64,000 nt of DNA from Actinopolymorphaceae bacterium (GCA_036786375.1 DAIQRJ010000005.1:80635-144634), one strand, 5' to 3'; numbered from the stretch's first letter, positions 37,707-47,562 are shown. The notes: generated from the sequence alone by a model not told the origin. Numbers and translations are program-made.

Positions 37707-37979
37707 TTGATCAAGCTACGCAGCAAGACGATGTTGGCCATCGGTGTCGGGCTGGGCTACCTGGCCGGCAGCCCGAAGGGCCGGGAGCAGACGCAGAAGT
37801 GGCTCGAGCAGCTCAAGCGGATGCGCAACGACCCGGCGACCAAGCGGAACGTCGACGAGGCCGTCAAGACGGTGAAGGACCAGACGACGAAGCTGGCCGA
37901 GAAGGTGTCGAGCGCGACGCACTCCCACGACGGCAGCGGGACGCCGGCGAGCGGCCAGGACAAGGGCGCCGGGATCTGA
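37707..37979 (+). CDS. YtxH-like small membrane-anchored stress protein
   Basis: 90 aa from TTG 37707 (GGAG 7 nt upstream). ..MLAIGVGLGYLAGSPKGREQTQKWLEQLKRM.. resembles YtxH-domain proteins. Confidence 0.5.
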   Translation: MIKLRSKTMLAIGVGLGYLAGSPKGREQTQKWLEQLKRMRNDPATKRNVDEAVKTVKDQTTKLAEKVSSATHSHDGSGTPASGQDKGAGI

Positions 37980-37996
37980 GCTGACGAGAGCAGCAC

Positions 37997-38032
37997 GCGG
38001 ATGGTGCCGGGCGCAGGCCGGGCACCATCCGC
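37997..38032. terminator. GC-rich bidirectional terminator-like hairpin between convergent genes
   Basis: GCGGATGGTGCC (37997-38008) pairs perfectly with GGCACCATCCGC (38021-38032), with three further pairs inside. It lies 18 nt after the YtxH stop and 7 nt after the CsbD stop. Confidence 0.5.
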
Positions 38033-38038
38033 ACGTCG

Positions 38039-38215
38039 TCAGGACTTGAAGATGTCCTTCACGTCGTCGCCGACCTTCTTGACCTCGGCCTCGACCTGGT
38101 CGTTCTCACCCTCTGCTTCGAGGCTCTCGTCGCCCTTGGCCTGTCCGGCCTTCTCCTTGGCCTTGCCGGCCAGGTCTTGCGCAGTGTGCTTGAGCTTGTC
38201 GAGTGCATCGCTCAC
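38039..38215 (-). CDS. CsbD family general stress protein
   Basis: 58-aa ORF, below the track cutoff, from GTG 38215 (GGAGG upstream). VSDALDKLKHTAQDLAGKAKEKAGQAKGDESLEAEGENDQVEAEVKKVGDDVKDIFKS* is a CsbD-like repeat pattern. Confidence 0.7.
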   Translation of the reverse strand: MSDALDKLKHTAQDLAGKAKEKAGQAKGDESLEAEGENDQVEAEVKKVGDDVKDIFKS

Positions 38216-38458
38216 GGCGGTGCCTCCGTTCCCTGGGACGAATCGTTCTGACGACTCAGATTACCCGGAGGTGAACGATCTGATGCACGCCGCCCGTCTT
38301 CGCTCCACCCGCCTGACCCTCGCGCCAACGGGGCGCGCAGGGGCCTTCGCACGGCGTTCACCTGTTGGCCGCCTGCTGCTGGCCCGGCTGCGCTAGACAG
38401 GCCCAGGACTCCGGGTAGACCCAAACGTCGGGTATCGGGAGATCACGATCGCGGGCAC

Positions 38459-39412
38459 ATGAAGGGCAGCGGGATGAGCGCACTCGACGATCAACTGACG
38501 CGGCTTCGGGACCGGTACGGGGTCGGCGACTTCACCGTCGAGGATCTCTACGACGACGACCCCGTTCTCCGCGCGGTGGACGGGACGCTGGTCGACACGT
38601 GGCGCGAGGGTTACCCGTATGCCGAACGGCTCGACCGCCACGAGTACGAGATGACCAAGCGGCTTCTCCAGATCGAGCTTCTCAAGCTGCAGAAATGGAT
38701 CCGTGCCACCGGCTCGCGCGCGCTGATCCTCTATGAGGGCCGCGACGCCGCCGGCAAGGGCGGGTCGATCAAGCGGTTCATGGAGCATCTGAACCCACGG
38801 GAGGCACGGGTCGTCGCGCTCGAGAAGCCGACCGACACGGAGAAGCGTCAGTGGTACTTCCAGCGCTACCTCAAGCATCTGCCCGCCGCCGGCGAGATCG
38901 TCCTGTTCGACCGCTCCTGGTACACCCGTGCCGGGGTGGAGAAGGTGATGGGGTTCTGCACCGACGAGGAGCACGCGCTGTTCCTGTGCCAGGCGCCCGA
39001 TCTGGAGCGGCTGCTCACCGATGCGGGGTTCACGTTGACGAAGTTCTGGTTCTCGGTGTCACCGGCCGAGCAGCGGACCCGCTTCCTCATCCGCCAGATC
39101 GATCCGGTCCGGCGGTGGAAGCTCTCGCCGATCGACCTTGCGTCCCTGGATCGGTGGGAGGGGTACACCGCGGCCAAGGAGACGATGTTCTTCTACACCG
39201 ACACGCCGTTCGCACCCTGGACCGTGGTGAAGAGCAACGACAAGAAGCGTGCCCGGCTGGAGTCCATGCGGGTCGTGCTCGCGCAGCACGACTACGACGG
39301 GAAGGATGTCGAACTCGTCGGCCGGCCCGACCCGCTCATCGTCGGACACGCTGCGGACATCTTCGAGCAGGGCGAGAACCAGCACCCGGTCCGACCGCTA
39401 CCCGAGCCCTAG
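38459..39412 (+). CDS. ppk2: Polyphosphate kinase 2
   Basis: 317 aa. PPK2 core ..ALILYEGRDAAGKGGSIKRFMEHLNPREARVVAL..TEKRQWYFQRYLKHLPAAGEIVLFDRSWY... Confidence 0.9.
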   Translation: MKGSGMSALDDQLTRLRDRYGVGDFTVEDLYDDDPVLRAVDGTLVDTWREGYPYAERLDRHEYEMTKRLLQIELLKLQKWIRATGSRALILYEGRDAAGKGGSIKRFMEHLNPREARVVALEKPTDTEKRQWYFQRYLKHLPAAGEIVLFDRSWYTRAGVEKVMGFCTDEEHALFLCQAPDLERLLTDAGFTLTKFWFSVSPAEQRTRFLIRQIDPVRRWKLSPIDLASLDRWEGYTAAKETMFFYTDTPFAPWTVVKSNDKKRARLESMRVVLAQHDYDGKDVELVGRPDPLIVGHAADIFEQGENQHPVRPLPEP

Positions 39413-39423
39413 TCAGAAGCCGG

Positions 39424-39876
39424 TCAACCGAACCAGTGCGCCGGAAGCTCGCTCAGGTCGATCTTGGTCAGAATGATGCGCCGGCCGTTGATCTGTCCCG
39501 GACGGACCCGCACATAGTGCGCCTTGGCTCCCGGCCCCCAGGGCACCAACGGTAACTGCTCCAGCCGGGCCAGGTCCGCCGGGTCGGTGACCTCCTCGGC
39601 GTGCCCGTGCACGACCACGCTCCAGCCGGTCTGATTCTTCTCCTCGTAGCCGCCGTCGACCTCGAAGGCGACCGGGGCACCGAGGATGGCGGCGGTGAGC
39701 TTGCTGCCGGGATCACTGCGGAATATCAGCGTGTCCTGATCGATCACGTAGTTCACCGGAAGGATCAACGGCATCACGCCCACCTTGGCGAGGAACGCGA
39801 GTCGGCCAAGGCTGTGCTGTCCGAGAAGATCGATGCACTCACGCACGGTCAGGTCCCGCATGGTCTTCCGCGGCAT
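39424..39876 (-). CDS. Pyridoxamine 5-prime-phosphate oxidase (PPOX) family flavin/deazaflavin-binding protein, paralog 1
   Basis: 150 aa from ATG 39876. ..LTVRECIDLLGQHSLGRLAF..PLILPVNYVIDQDTLIFRSDPGSK..VAFEVDG..GWSVVVHGHAEEV..INGRRI. Confidence 0.8.
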   Translation of the reverse strand: MPRKTMRDLTVRECIDLLGQHSLGRLAFLAKVGVMPLILPVNYVIDQDTLIFRSDPGSKLTAAILGAPVAFEVDGGYEEKNQTGWSVVVHGHAEEVTDPADLARLEQLPLVPWGPGAKAHYVRVRPGQINGRRIILTKIDLSELPAHWFG

Positions 39877-39880
39877 CTCG

Positions 39881-40927
39881 TCAGTCGCCACGATTGATGA
39901 CCACCTTGAGAGCGCCCGTCTCGGCAGCGCGGGAGAAGACGTCGTAGGCACGGTCGAACTCCCCGAATCCGAAGTGGTGCGTGACGAACCGTTTGGCGTC
40001 GAGCTGATCGCTGCAGAGCAGCCGGAGCAGCACCGGCGTCGAGTACGTGTCGACGAGCCCCGTCGTGATGGTGAGGTCGAGCGCCCACAGCCGTTCCAGG
40101 TGAAGCGTCACCGGCTTCCCGTGCACCCCGATGTTCGCGAGATGCCCTGCCGGGCGGACGAGTTCGGCCGCGAGTTCGAACGTCTCGGGCACGCCGACCG
40201 CCTCGATCACGACATCGGCACCGAGGTCGCCGGTGAGTTCCCGTACGGCGGCGACGGCGTCCTGTTTGCTGTTGTCGACCACGACGTCAGCCCCGAACTG
40301 CTTGGCCGCCTCGAGCCGGGACGCTGCCAGGTCGACAGCGATGATCATGCTCGGCGAAAAGAGCCTTGCCGAACTGATGGCCGACAGGCCGATCGGGCCG
40401 GCGCCGACCACGACGACCACGTCACCCGGCTGGACCCGACCGTTGAGAACTCCTACCTCGTAAGCGGTCGGCAGGATGTCGGAGAGCATCAGGGCTTCCT
40501 CGTCACTGATGCCGTCGGGTATCGGGTAGGTCGAGTTGTCGGCGAACGGGAGCCGCACGTACTCAGCCTGCGTCCCGTCGATCTCGTTGCCGAGGATCCA
40601 GCCGCCACCGCCCGTGCACTGCCCGTACCGGCCCTCACGGCAGAAGCGACACGTACCGCACGCGCTGATGCACGACACGAGAACGCGATCACCGACGTGG
40701 AGGGTCTTGACCCCTGCTCCGATCTCGGAGACCGTCCCCACTGCTTCGTGACCGATGATCCGGCCGTCGGTCATCGCGGGCACGTCACCTTTGAGAATGT
40801 GGAGGTCGGTTCCGCAGATCGTTGTCGTGTCGACGCGAACGATCGCATCGGTGTCGGCTGCCAGGACCGGGTCCGGAACCTCGTCCCACGACTTCACGCC
40901 GGGGCCGTGATACACCAATGCCTTCAT
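39881..40927 (-). CDS. Zinc-dependent alcohol dehydrogenase, paralog 1
   Basis: 348 aa from ATG 40927. ..CGTDLHILKGD.., ..GHEAVG.., the structural-Zn cluster ..CISACGTCRFCREGRYGQC.., and ..VVGAGPIG... The 836-aa track ORF is an antisense over-extension. Confidence 0.9.
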   Translation of the reverse strand: MKALVYHGPGVKSWDEVPDPVLAADTDAIVRVDTTTICGTDLHILKGDVPAMTDGRIIGHEAVGTVSEIGAGVKTLHVGDRVLVSCISACGTCRFCREGRYGQCTGGGGWILGNEIDGTQAEYVRLPFADNSTYPIPDGISDEEALMLSDILPTAYEVGVLNGRVQPGDVVVVVGAGPIGLSAISSARLFSPSMIIAVDLAASRLEAAKQFGADVVVDNSKQDAVAAVRELTGDLGADVVIEAVGVPETFELAAELVRPAGHLANIGVHGKPVTLHLERLWALDLTITTGLVDTYSTPVLLRLLCSDQLDAKRFVTHHFGFGEFDRAYDVFSRAAETGALKVVINRGD

Positions 40928-41013
40928 GATGATCTCCATCCTCTCGATGGGATTCGACCGACGACGCACGGCGGTCGTGACTCCAACCTCGTCCGCCAGG
41001 ACGCGAACCAGTA

Positions 41014-41027
41014 GGGCCGTAGGGCCC
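41014..41027. promoter_or_regulatory. Candidate DosR/DevR-like operator (GGGNC-N4-GNCCC)
   Basis: GGGCCGTAGGGCCC, with 12 of 14 positions palindromic, lies 87 nt upstream of the ADH-1 start codon. Confidence 0.35.
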
Positions 41028-41082
41028 GAGTACGTGGGCTTGTCAGGGCTCGAGATATGGCCTGGCGGTGTGGAATTCCCTT

Positions 41083-43746
41083 TCACTCCACGGGAAAGCG
41101 CCGCAGCGATGCCGCGACGCTGAACCGGGCAGCCCGCCGCTGGACCTGGTGTCGTTGGCCCCGGCGACGGACGTGCGGGCGCTGGGGATCGGCGTGGGCG
41201 TAGAACAGTCGCTTCGCGAACTCGATGACGACGAGATAGACCACCACCGTCGCGACGAGCGCGAGGAAGAAGCCGACCGGCAACGGTGTGAAGCCGAGGA
41301 TGTGCGAGAGCGGCGACATCGGCAGCAGGACCCCGACGGCCACCGTGGTCAGCGCCGCGACCAGCAGCGGCGCACTCGGCCGGCTCCGGGTGAACGGGCT
41401 GCGTCGGGTCCGGATGGCGAAAATGATCAACGTCTGTGTGGCAAGGGATTCGGCGAACCACCCGGCCCGGAACAGATCCGGACCTGCGTGGAACACGCCG
41501 AGCATGAGGGCGAACGTCAGGAAGTCGAAGAGGCTGCTGACGGGCCCGAAGAACAGCATGAACCTGCGGATGAAGGAGATGTCCCAGTGCGACGGGGCAT
41601 GGAGTTGTTCGGGGTCGACGCGGTCGGTCGGGATCGTCAACTGGCTCGCGTCGTAGAGGAGGTTGTTCAGCAGGATCTGGCTCGGCAGCATCGGAAGGAA
41701 CGGGAGGACCGCGGACGCGGCCGCCGCGCTGAACATGTTGCCGAAGTTGCTGCTCGTCCCCATCAGCACGTACTTGATCGTGTTGGCGAAGATGCGCCGG
41801 CCCTCGGTCACACCATCTGCCAGGACGCCGAGATCCTTCTCCAGCAGGACGACGTCCGCGGCATCTTTCGCGACGTCTGCCGCGGTGTCGACGCTGATGC
41901 CGACGTCGGCCGCATGCAGGGCCAGCGCATCGTTGACACCGTCCCCGAGGAACCCCACCGCCCGGCCGTGACGCCGGAGCACGGTGATCAGCCTCGCCTT
42001 CTGCTCCGGGCTGACCCGGGCGAAGATCGTCGTGGCCTGGGCCGCTCGGAGCAGGTCCGCGTCGCCCATCGCGGTGACCTGATCCCCCGTGAGGGTGCCG
42101 CCGGAGGTCAGACCGAGGTCGGCGCAGACCTTCTCGGCGACCAGCGGATTGTCGCCCGTACACACCTTCACCTCGATCCCGAGCGCAGCCAGCCGCTTCA
42201 GCGACGACGCTGCGGCGACTTTCGGCCGGTCGAGGAACACCAGGAAGCCGGCCAGCGTCAGATCCCGCTCGTCGGCGGGGGTCACCGCGTCGAGGTCGGG
42301 TGCGACCCGGCTGGCCACCGCGACGACCCGGCTTCCCGCGGCGAACTGGGCCTGCACGGTCACCGCGGCTGCGTCCGGGACCGTCACACATCGCGCGAGC
42401 ACGGACTCAGGCGCACCCTTGACGACGAGAAGCGTGTCGCCCGTCGGGGTGCGCACGAGTGCGGAGGTCATCTGCCGACCGTGGTCGAACGGCAGCAGGC
42501 CGATCCGCGTGTACCCGACGGGCGCCTGGGCCCGGGCCTGGCCGACCGCGTCCCACATCGCCGCGTCCAGCGGGTTGCTCCCGACCGCACCGGCCGCACC
42601 CGACGTCGCGTCCGACTCGGTGGCGAGCAGTCCGGACGTGAGGACGTCGGGCGCGGACCCGCCGGCCGGGTCCATCGCGGCCGCGAAGCTGATGCGCCCT
42701 TCGGTGAGGGTGCCCGTCTTGTCGGTCACCAGCACATCCATATCGCCGAGGTCCTCGATGCACACCAGGCGTTTGACCAGCACCTTGAGGGTCGCCAGCC
42801 GACGCGATCCGGTGGCGAGGCTCGTGCTGACGACCGCGGGCAGCAGTTGCGGCGTCATGCCGACCGCGATCGCCAGCGAGAACAGCAGGGACTCGATGAG
42901 TGGTCGTCGCAGCAGCAGATTCGCGATGAGGATCAGCCCGGTCAGCACCACGGATACCTGCAGGAGCAGGACGGAGAACTCCCGCAGGCCGGCCTGGAAA
43001 TCGGTCTCGGGCTGACGTACGCCGAGCCCGGCGGCGATGCGCCCGAACTCGGCGCGCGCTCCGGTCGACACCACGACCCCGGCCCCGGAACCGGCCCGCA
43101 CGACCGTGCCCATCAGGGCGCACGAGAGCAGATCGCCCACAGGGGATCCGGCCGGAACCGGCGACACCGACTTCGTCGCCGGCATCGACTCTCCGGTCAG
43201 CGCGCTCTCGTCGCACTCGAGACCGGTCGCGCTCAGCAGTCGGAGGTCGGCCGGCACGATCTCACCGAGAGCGACCTGGACGACGTCGCCGGGTACCAGT
43301 TGCGTCACGTCGATCGCGACGCGCCGGCCGTCCCGGGTGACGACGGCGCGGTGTTTCACTTGTGAGTGAAGGGCTTCGGCTGCTCGCTCGGCGCGGAACT
43401 CGTTGACGAAGCCGAGTCCGATGCTCGCCAGCAGGATGAGCGCGATGACGATGGTGTCGGTGCGCTGGCCGAGGAAGAACGAGACCAGCGCGGTGACGCC
43501 GAGCAGGATGAGGACGGCGTTGCGCAGCTGACGACCGAGAATCCGCAACGGCTGAACGTGATGCGACCGGACGGCGTTGGGTCCGACGAAACGCAGCCGT
43601 TGCCCGGCTTCGAATTCGGTCAGGCCGTCGGTGGAACTCCCGAGCCGGGCGAGAACCTCGTCGGCCGGATGAGCGGCAGCCTCGACGACGGGAAGTCCGG
43701 GGACGATGCTGCCGAGGGGATCGGCACGTCGTTCGACGGTGGTCAT
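41083..43746 (-). CDS. Cation-transporting P-type ATPase (MgtA/Ca-type)
   Basis: 887 aa. Phosphorylation site ..VTDKTGTLTEG.., hinge motifs ..TGDNPLVA.. and ..GDGVNDALAL.., and about 10 TM helices. Confidence 0.9.
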   Translation of the reverse strand: MTTVERRADPLGSIVPGLPVVEAAAHPADEVLARLGSSTDGLTEFEAGQRLRFVGPNAVRSHHVQPLRILGRQLRNAVLILLGVTALVSFFLGQRTDTIVIALILLASIGLGFVNEFRAERAAEALHSQVKHRAVVTRDGRRVAIDVTQLVPGDVVQVALGEIVPADLRLLSATGLECDESALTGESMPATKSVSPVPAGSPVGDLLSCALMGTVVRAGSGAGVVVSTGARAEFGRIAAGLGVRQPETDFQAGLREFSVLLLQVSVVLTGLILIANLLLRRPLIESLLFSLAIAVGMTPQLLPAVVSTSLATGSRRLATLKVLVKRLVCIEDLGDMDVLVTDKTGTLTEGRISFAAAMDPAGGSAPDVLTSGLLATESDATSGAAGAVGSNPLDAAMWDAVGQARAQAPVGYTRIGLLPFDHGRQMTSALVRTPTGDTLLVVKGAPESVLARCVTVPDAAAVTVQAQFAAGSRVVAVASRVAPDLDAVTPADERDLTLAGFLVFLDRPKVAAASSLKRLAALGIEVKVCTGDNPLVAEKVCADLGLTSGGTLTGDQVTAMGDADLLRAAQATTIFARVSPEQKARLITVLRRHGRAVGFLGDGVNDALALHAADVGISVDTAADVAKDAADVVLLEKDLGVLADGVTEGRRIFANTIKYVLMGTSSNFGNMFSAAAASAVLPFLPMLPSQILLNNLLYDASQLTIPTDRVDPEQLHAPSHWDISFIRRFMLFFGPVSSLFDFLTFALMLGVFHAGPDLFRAGWFAESLATQTLIIFAIRTRRSPFTRSRPSAPLLVAALTTVAVGVLLPMSPLSHILGFTPLPVGFFLALVATVVVYLVVIEFAKRLFYAHADPQRPHVRRRGQRHQVQRRAARFSVAASLRRFPVE

Positions 43747-43764
43747 CCGGACGTCGTCGCCTGT

Positions 43765-44166
43765 CTAGAGCTGCTCGAGCTTGCGTCCGGTCATGCCGTC
43801 GGCCTCGATGCGGAAGACGCGACTGCGGTCGCCGTCCGCCCAGGGGGTCATGCGGACGGCCAGCTTCTCGGGCGCGGGACGGCAGGTGCCGGTGACGACG
43901 ACGCTCCAGCCGATCAGGTTGCCGAAGTCGGCGCTGTCGACCTCGAAAGCGACTGTCGATCCCGGCAGCTGGGCGGCCATCGACGAGTCGGGCCGGGTGC
44001 GGAAGATGATCGCGCCGCCGTCCATCGCGTAGTTGACGGGCAGCACATGCGGCGCACCGTCGTGAACCCAGGCGATGCGGCCGAGGTCGATCGACTGGAT
44101 CCGGCTCGCGCATTCGTCCGCGCTCATTGCCGTGCTCGTGGCGCTGCCCTGGCGTGCATCTGTCAT
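43765..44166 (-). CDS. PPOX family protein, paralog 2
   Basis: 133 aa. ..ADECASRIQSIDLGRIAWV..HVLPVNYAMDGGAIIFRTRPDSS..VAFEVDS..GWSVVVTGT..MTGRKL. Confidence 0.8.
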   Translation of the reverse strand: MTDARQGSATSTAMSADECASRIQSIDLGRIAWVHDGAPHVLPVNYAMDGGAIIFRTRPDSSMAAQLPGSTVAFEVDSADFGNLIGWSVVVTGTCRPAPEKLAVRMTPWADGDRSRVFRIEADGMTGRKLEQL

Positions 44167-44241
44167 AGCGGTCTCTCCTGCTCGGCGACTTCGGACTCTT
44201 CCCCGTCGCGAACGATACGCACGGGGTCGAACGTCGCGTAC

Positions 44242-47001
44242 CTAGCCCAGGCGCCTCGAGTACGTGCCCGCGCGCGCATCGACCTCACGTGCCTCGATGC
44301 GCATTTTCACGTCCAGGGCCAGCGCGCCGTCCGCGGCGACGACGAGCGGATTGATGTCGAGTTCGGCGATCCGGCGATTGCTGTCGGCGAGTGCGGCGAC
44401 CCGGCTGACGGCATCGGCGGCGGCCGGGATGTCGACCGGGGCCGCCCCGCGATAGCCGTGCAGGAGCGGGGCGAATCTGAGCTCGTCGAGCATCTGCTCC
44501 GCATCGAGACCGGCGAGCGGGGCGAAACCCCACCGGCGGTCGGCGAGGAGGTCGGTCAGCGTGCCGCCGGCCCCGACGGTGATCATCGGGCCGAACCTCG
44601 GGTCGCTCACGATGCCCACGCAGAGCTCGATTCCCGGCGACGCCTGGGCCTGGACCGTGACAGCAGGGTTGGCCGAGTCGGCGGTGACGGACCCGTAGCC
44701 GGCCACGACGTCGGCGTCGGCGGCAAGTCCGAGGAGCACGCCGCCGACGTCGGTCTTGTGCACGACGTCGGGGTCCCCGGTCTTCAGCACGACCGGATAT
44801 CCGATCCGCTGCGCGGCGACGACGGCCGCTTCCGCACTGTGCGCATACGCGGTTGCGGGGGTGGGAATGCCGTACAGGTTGAGGATCCGGCTCGCGTCCT
44901 CGGTTCCGACCCAGCCGCCCGCCGGGTGAACGCGCAGGAACTCGTCGATGATCGTCGACACCGCCGCCGGATCGACACCGGCTGGGAGGTCAGCGTGGGG
45001 TTGCTGCCGTGGACGATAGGACGCGTACTCCCATGCCCGTCCGAGTGCTCGTACCGCGTCCTCGGCCGAATCCAGAATCGGGATCCGGTGGCCGCCGGCG
45101 ACGGGGATGGCAGCCGGGCCGGGTGATGCACCCAGGAACGCCGCCGCGACAGGGACGGGCGCATCCGACACCGCGTGCGCAACCGCGTCGAGCGACGATC
45201 GCACATCACCGGCCCGGGTCGCGACGAAGATCGTCACCATGGCGTCGATCTCGCCGCTGTCGAGCAGGACGCGGGTCGCCGCTTCGACGCGGTCTGGGCC
45301 GGCACCTGCGCCGAGGTCGATCGGGTTGTCCACGGCCACGGCGCCCGCCTGGTCGCGCAGTGCCTGCTTCGTCGCCTCGCTCAAGTCGGGCACCTGCAGC
45401 TGACAGAGATCGGCCACGTCGGCGGCCAGAACCCCGGCCCCGCCGGCGTTCCCGAGTATCGCCAGCCTCGGGCCCGCCATCGGAGGGCAGTCGGCGAAGA
45501 CGCGGGCCGCGTCCACCATCGCGGCCGAAGACTCCATCCGAAGAACGCCGGCCTCGGCGAAGAGGGTGTCGACCGCGGTCGTCGAACTCATCGCCGCGGC
45601 GCTGTGGGACAGGCCGGCTCGCTGACCGCTACGGGAACGGCCGCCCTTGAGCACCAGGATCGGCGTCGTCTTCCTGATGATCCGCGTGAGCACTCCGAAC
45701 TTGCGGGGATTGCCCAGCGACTCGAGGTAGAGGGCGATCACCTTGGTACGCGGGTCGGCGCTCCAGTGCAGGAGCAGATCGTTGCCGCTGACGTCGGCCT
45801 TGTTGCCGAGGGAGACGAACTCGGAGATGCCGAGGCCGGCGCGGGCCGCGTCGGCCAGCAGCGCGATCCCGACCGCTCCGGACTGGGAGCCCACGGCCAA
45901 CGGGCCGGGCGTCGCACGGAGGTCACCGAAGGTCGCGTTGAGCCGGACATCTGTGTCGGTGTTGAGGATTCCGAGGCAGTTCGGGCCGATGATCCGCATG
46001 CCGTGGCGCCGAGCCCGCAGCACGAGCGCGTGTTCCTCGAGCTGGGCATCGGGACCGACTTCGCCCATGCCGGACGTGAGGATCACCGCCCCGCGTACGC
46101 CTGCTTCCCCACACTCGTCGATCACCTGGGACACGTGTCGCGCCGGTACCGCGACGACGGCCAGGTCGACCGGGCCCGGGACGTCGGCGATCGAGCGGTA
46201 CGTCGCAACGCCGAGGACCGTGTCGGCGTTGGGGTTCACGACCGAAACCTCGCCGGTGAACCCGCCGTCGAGCAGATTGCGGAGGACCTCGTGCCCGACA
46301 CGGCCGGGAGTGCGGCCGGCACCGATGACGACGACGGAGCGGGGGGACGTCATCCGCTGCATCGACGCGTGCTCGGCGCGGCCCTCACGGCTCTCGATGC
46401 TCGCGAGTGCGAGATTCGCGTCGGAGATGGTGAGCGTGACGGTGACGACGCCGGCGCTGGACGCAAAGCCGAGATGGAAGCCCGAATCGAGGAACACGCG
46501 GACCATCGCCGCGTTGTCGACCAGCACGTCGGCTTCCAGCACGGAAATACCTTGTGCGCGGGCGAGGTCGACGAGTTGCTCGAGGAGCAGTGTCCCGATC
46601 CCACGCCCCTGAACGGCATCGTCGACGATGAAGGCGATCTCTCCGACCCGGGGCCGGGTGATGTCGAGGCTTGCGAGTCCCACCACGCGACCGGCCTGCT
46701 CTGCGACGATCGCCACCCGCCGGGGGTCGGGATCAGAGATCAGCCCGGCGACATAGCGCGCGGCAGACGCGCGCTCGCCGGTGAAGAAACGGAAACGGAG
46801 CGACGCATCCGACGCCCTGGCGACCAGATCGAGCACGGCTGCCTCGTCCTCGTCGACGCTGTTCCGGATGTGCACGAGCGTTCCGTCGGCCCCGATCACG
46901 TCGACGTCGACGAGGTCGCGGTCACCGGCCGGCGCGCGCAGTGTCCCGTCTCGGTCCTCGTCGTGTAAGCGGGATCGCGCGGTTCGCATGTGCGTGCCCA
47001 T
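44242..47001 (-). CDS. GNAT acetyltransferase fused to an NDP-forming acyl-CoA synthetase-like module (PatA-type protein acetyltransferase or ADP-forming acetate-CoA ligase)
   Basis: 919 aa from ATG 47001 (GGAGAAGGAG upstream). The N-terminal GNAT is ..IAFIVDDAVQGRGIGTLLLEQLVDLARAQG... This is followed by CoA-binding (..VVVIGAGRTPGRVGHEV..), ligase-CoA and ATP-grasp regions. The 1070-aa track ORF is over-extended. Confidence 0.85.
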   Translation of the reverse strand: MGTHMRTARSRLHDEDRDGTLRAPAGDRDLVDVDVIGADGTLVHIRNSVDEDEAAVLDLVARASDASLRFRFFTGERASAARYVAGLISDPDPRRVAIVAEQAGRVVGLASLDITRPRVGEIAFIVDDAVQGRGIGTLLLEQLVDLARAQGISVLEADVLVDNAAMVRVFLDSGFHLGFASSAGVVTVTLTISDANLALASIESREGRAEHASMQRMTSPRSVVVIGAGRTPGRVGHEVLRNLLDGGFTGEVSVVNPNADTVLGVATYRSIADVPGPVDLAVVAVPARHVSQVIDECGEAGVRGAVILTSGMGEVGPDAQLEEHALVLRARRHGMRIIGPNCLGILNTDTDVRLNATFGDLRATPGPLAVGSQSGAVGIALLADAARAGLGISEFVSLGNKADVSGNDLLLHWSADPRTKVIALYLESLGNPRKFGVLTRIIRKTTPILVLKGGRSRSGQRAGLSHSAAAMSSTTAVDTLFAEAGVLRMESSAAMVDAARVFADCPPMAGPRLAILGNAGGAGVLAADVADLCQLQVPDLSEATKQALRDQAGAVAVDNPIDLGAGAGPDRVEAATRVLLDSGEIDAMVTIFVATRAGDVRSSLDAVAHAVSDAPVPVAAAFLGASPGPAAIPVAGGHRIPILDSAEDAVRALGRAWEYASYRPRQQPHADLPAGVDPAAVSTIIDEFLRVHPAGGWVGTEDASRILNLYGIPTPATAYAHSAEAAVVAAQRIGYPVVLKTGDPDVVHKTDVGGVLLGLAADADVVAGYGSVTADSANPAVTVQAQASPGIELCVGIVSDPRFGPMITVGAGGTLTDLLADRRWGFAPLAGLDAEQMLDELRFAPLLHGYRGAAPVDIPAAADAVSRVAALADSNRRIAELDINPLVVAADGALALDVKMRIEAREVDARAGTYSRRLG

Positions 47002-47081
47002 GGTCGGCTCCTTCTCCTGGATGTCACGACCACTCTGGGTCAGCGGGGCCGCCGCCGATGCGGGCATCGGTCCCGAACGTC

Positions 47082-47095
47082 GGGACGAAGGTCCC
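47082..47095. promoter_or_regulatory. Candidate DosR/DevR-like operator, best match
   Basis: GGGACGAAGGTCCC matches 12 of 14 positions of GGGACTWWAGTCCC and lies 81 nt upstream of the Pat-like start. An extra GTCCC half-site at 47070-47074 forms GTCCCGAACGTCGGGAC with its left half. Confidence 0.45.
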
Positions 47096-47102
47096 GACTT
47101 CG

Positions 47103-47516
47103 TCACTGCGCTTCGAGCCTCCGACCGGCGATGACGTCTATCGAGATCCCGTGCAACGAGCCGCGATGCGTGCTCGCCCACGTATCGAGCACGGCCTCGG
47201 CGATGTCCGGGTGGAGTGGCTGGCACCGCCCGGTGACGAGCACGCTCCAGCCGGTGTGTGTCTGCTCGTCGAAACGATCGATCTCGAACGACACATAGAG
47301 GTCCGGGCTGCCCATCAGGACTCGTGCGCCCGGCTTGGTCCGGAACACGATGGTGCGATTCAGCAGCCGATAGTTGACCGGGAACGCCGTCGGGAGCACG
47401 CCGTCGGTGTAGACGACACGACCGACCAACTCCCCCGCGAGCAGGCACATGCACTCCGCCTCGGAGAGTGACTGGTTCATCCGCCCGTCGATCTCGGGCT
47501 TCACAGGTGTGATCAT
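47103..47516 (-). CDS. PPOX family protein, paralog 3
   Basis: 137 aa from ATG 47516 (GGAGG 5 nt upstream; the track start at 47534 is also possible). ..LSEAECMCLLAGELVGRVVY..FPVNYRLLNRTIVFRTKPGAR..VSFEIDR..GWSVLVTGR..IAGRRL. Confidence 0.75.
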   Translation of the reverse strand: MITPVKPEIDGRMNQSLSEAECMCLLAGELVGRVVYTDGVLPTAFPVNYRLLNRTIVFRTKPGARVLMGSPDLYVSFEIDRFDEQTHTGWSVLVTGRCQPLHPDIAEAVLDTWASTHRGSLHGISIDVIAGRRLEAQ

Positions 47517-47562
47517 GTCGACCTCCATCACCACTCTCCGGCGACGGCGGTCGTCGTCGTCA

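Noticed and set aside
39881-42391. 836-aa track ORF suggesting a giant ADH fusion
   Set aside because: Only the C-terminal 348 aa (from ATG 40927, with a Shine-Dalgarno) is ADH-like. The upstream part is Arg/Pro-rich and runs out of frame across the 3-prime part of the adjacent same-strand P-type ATPase gene.
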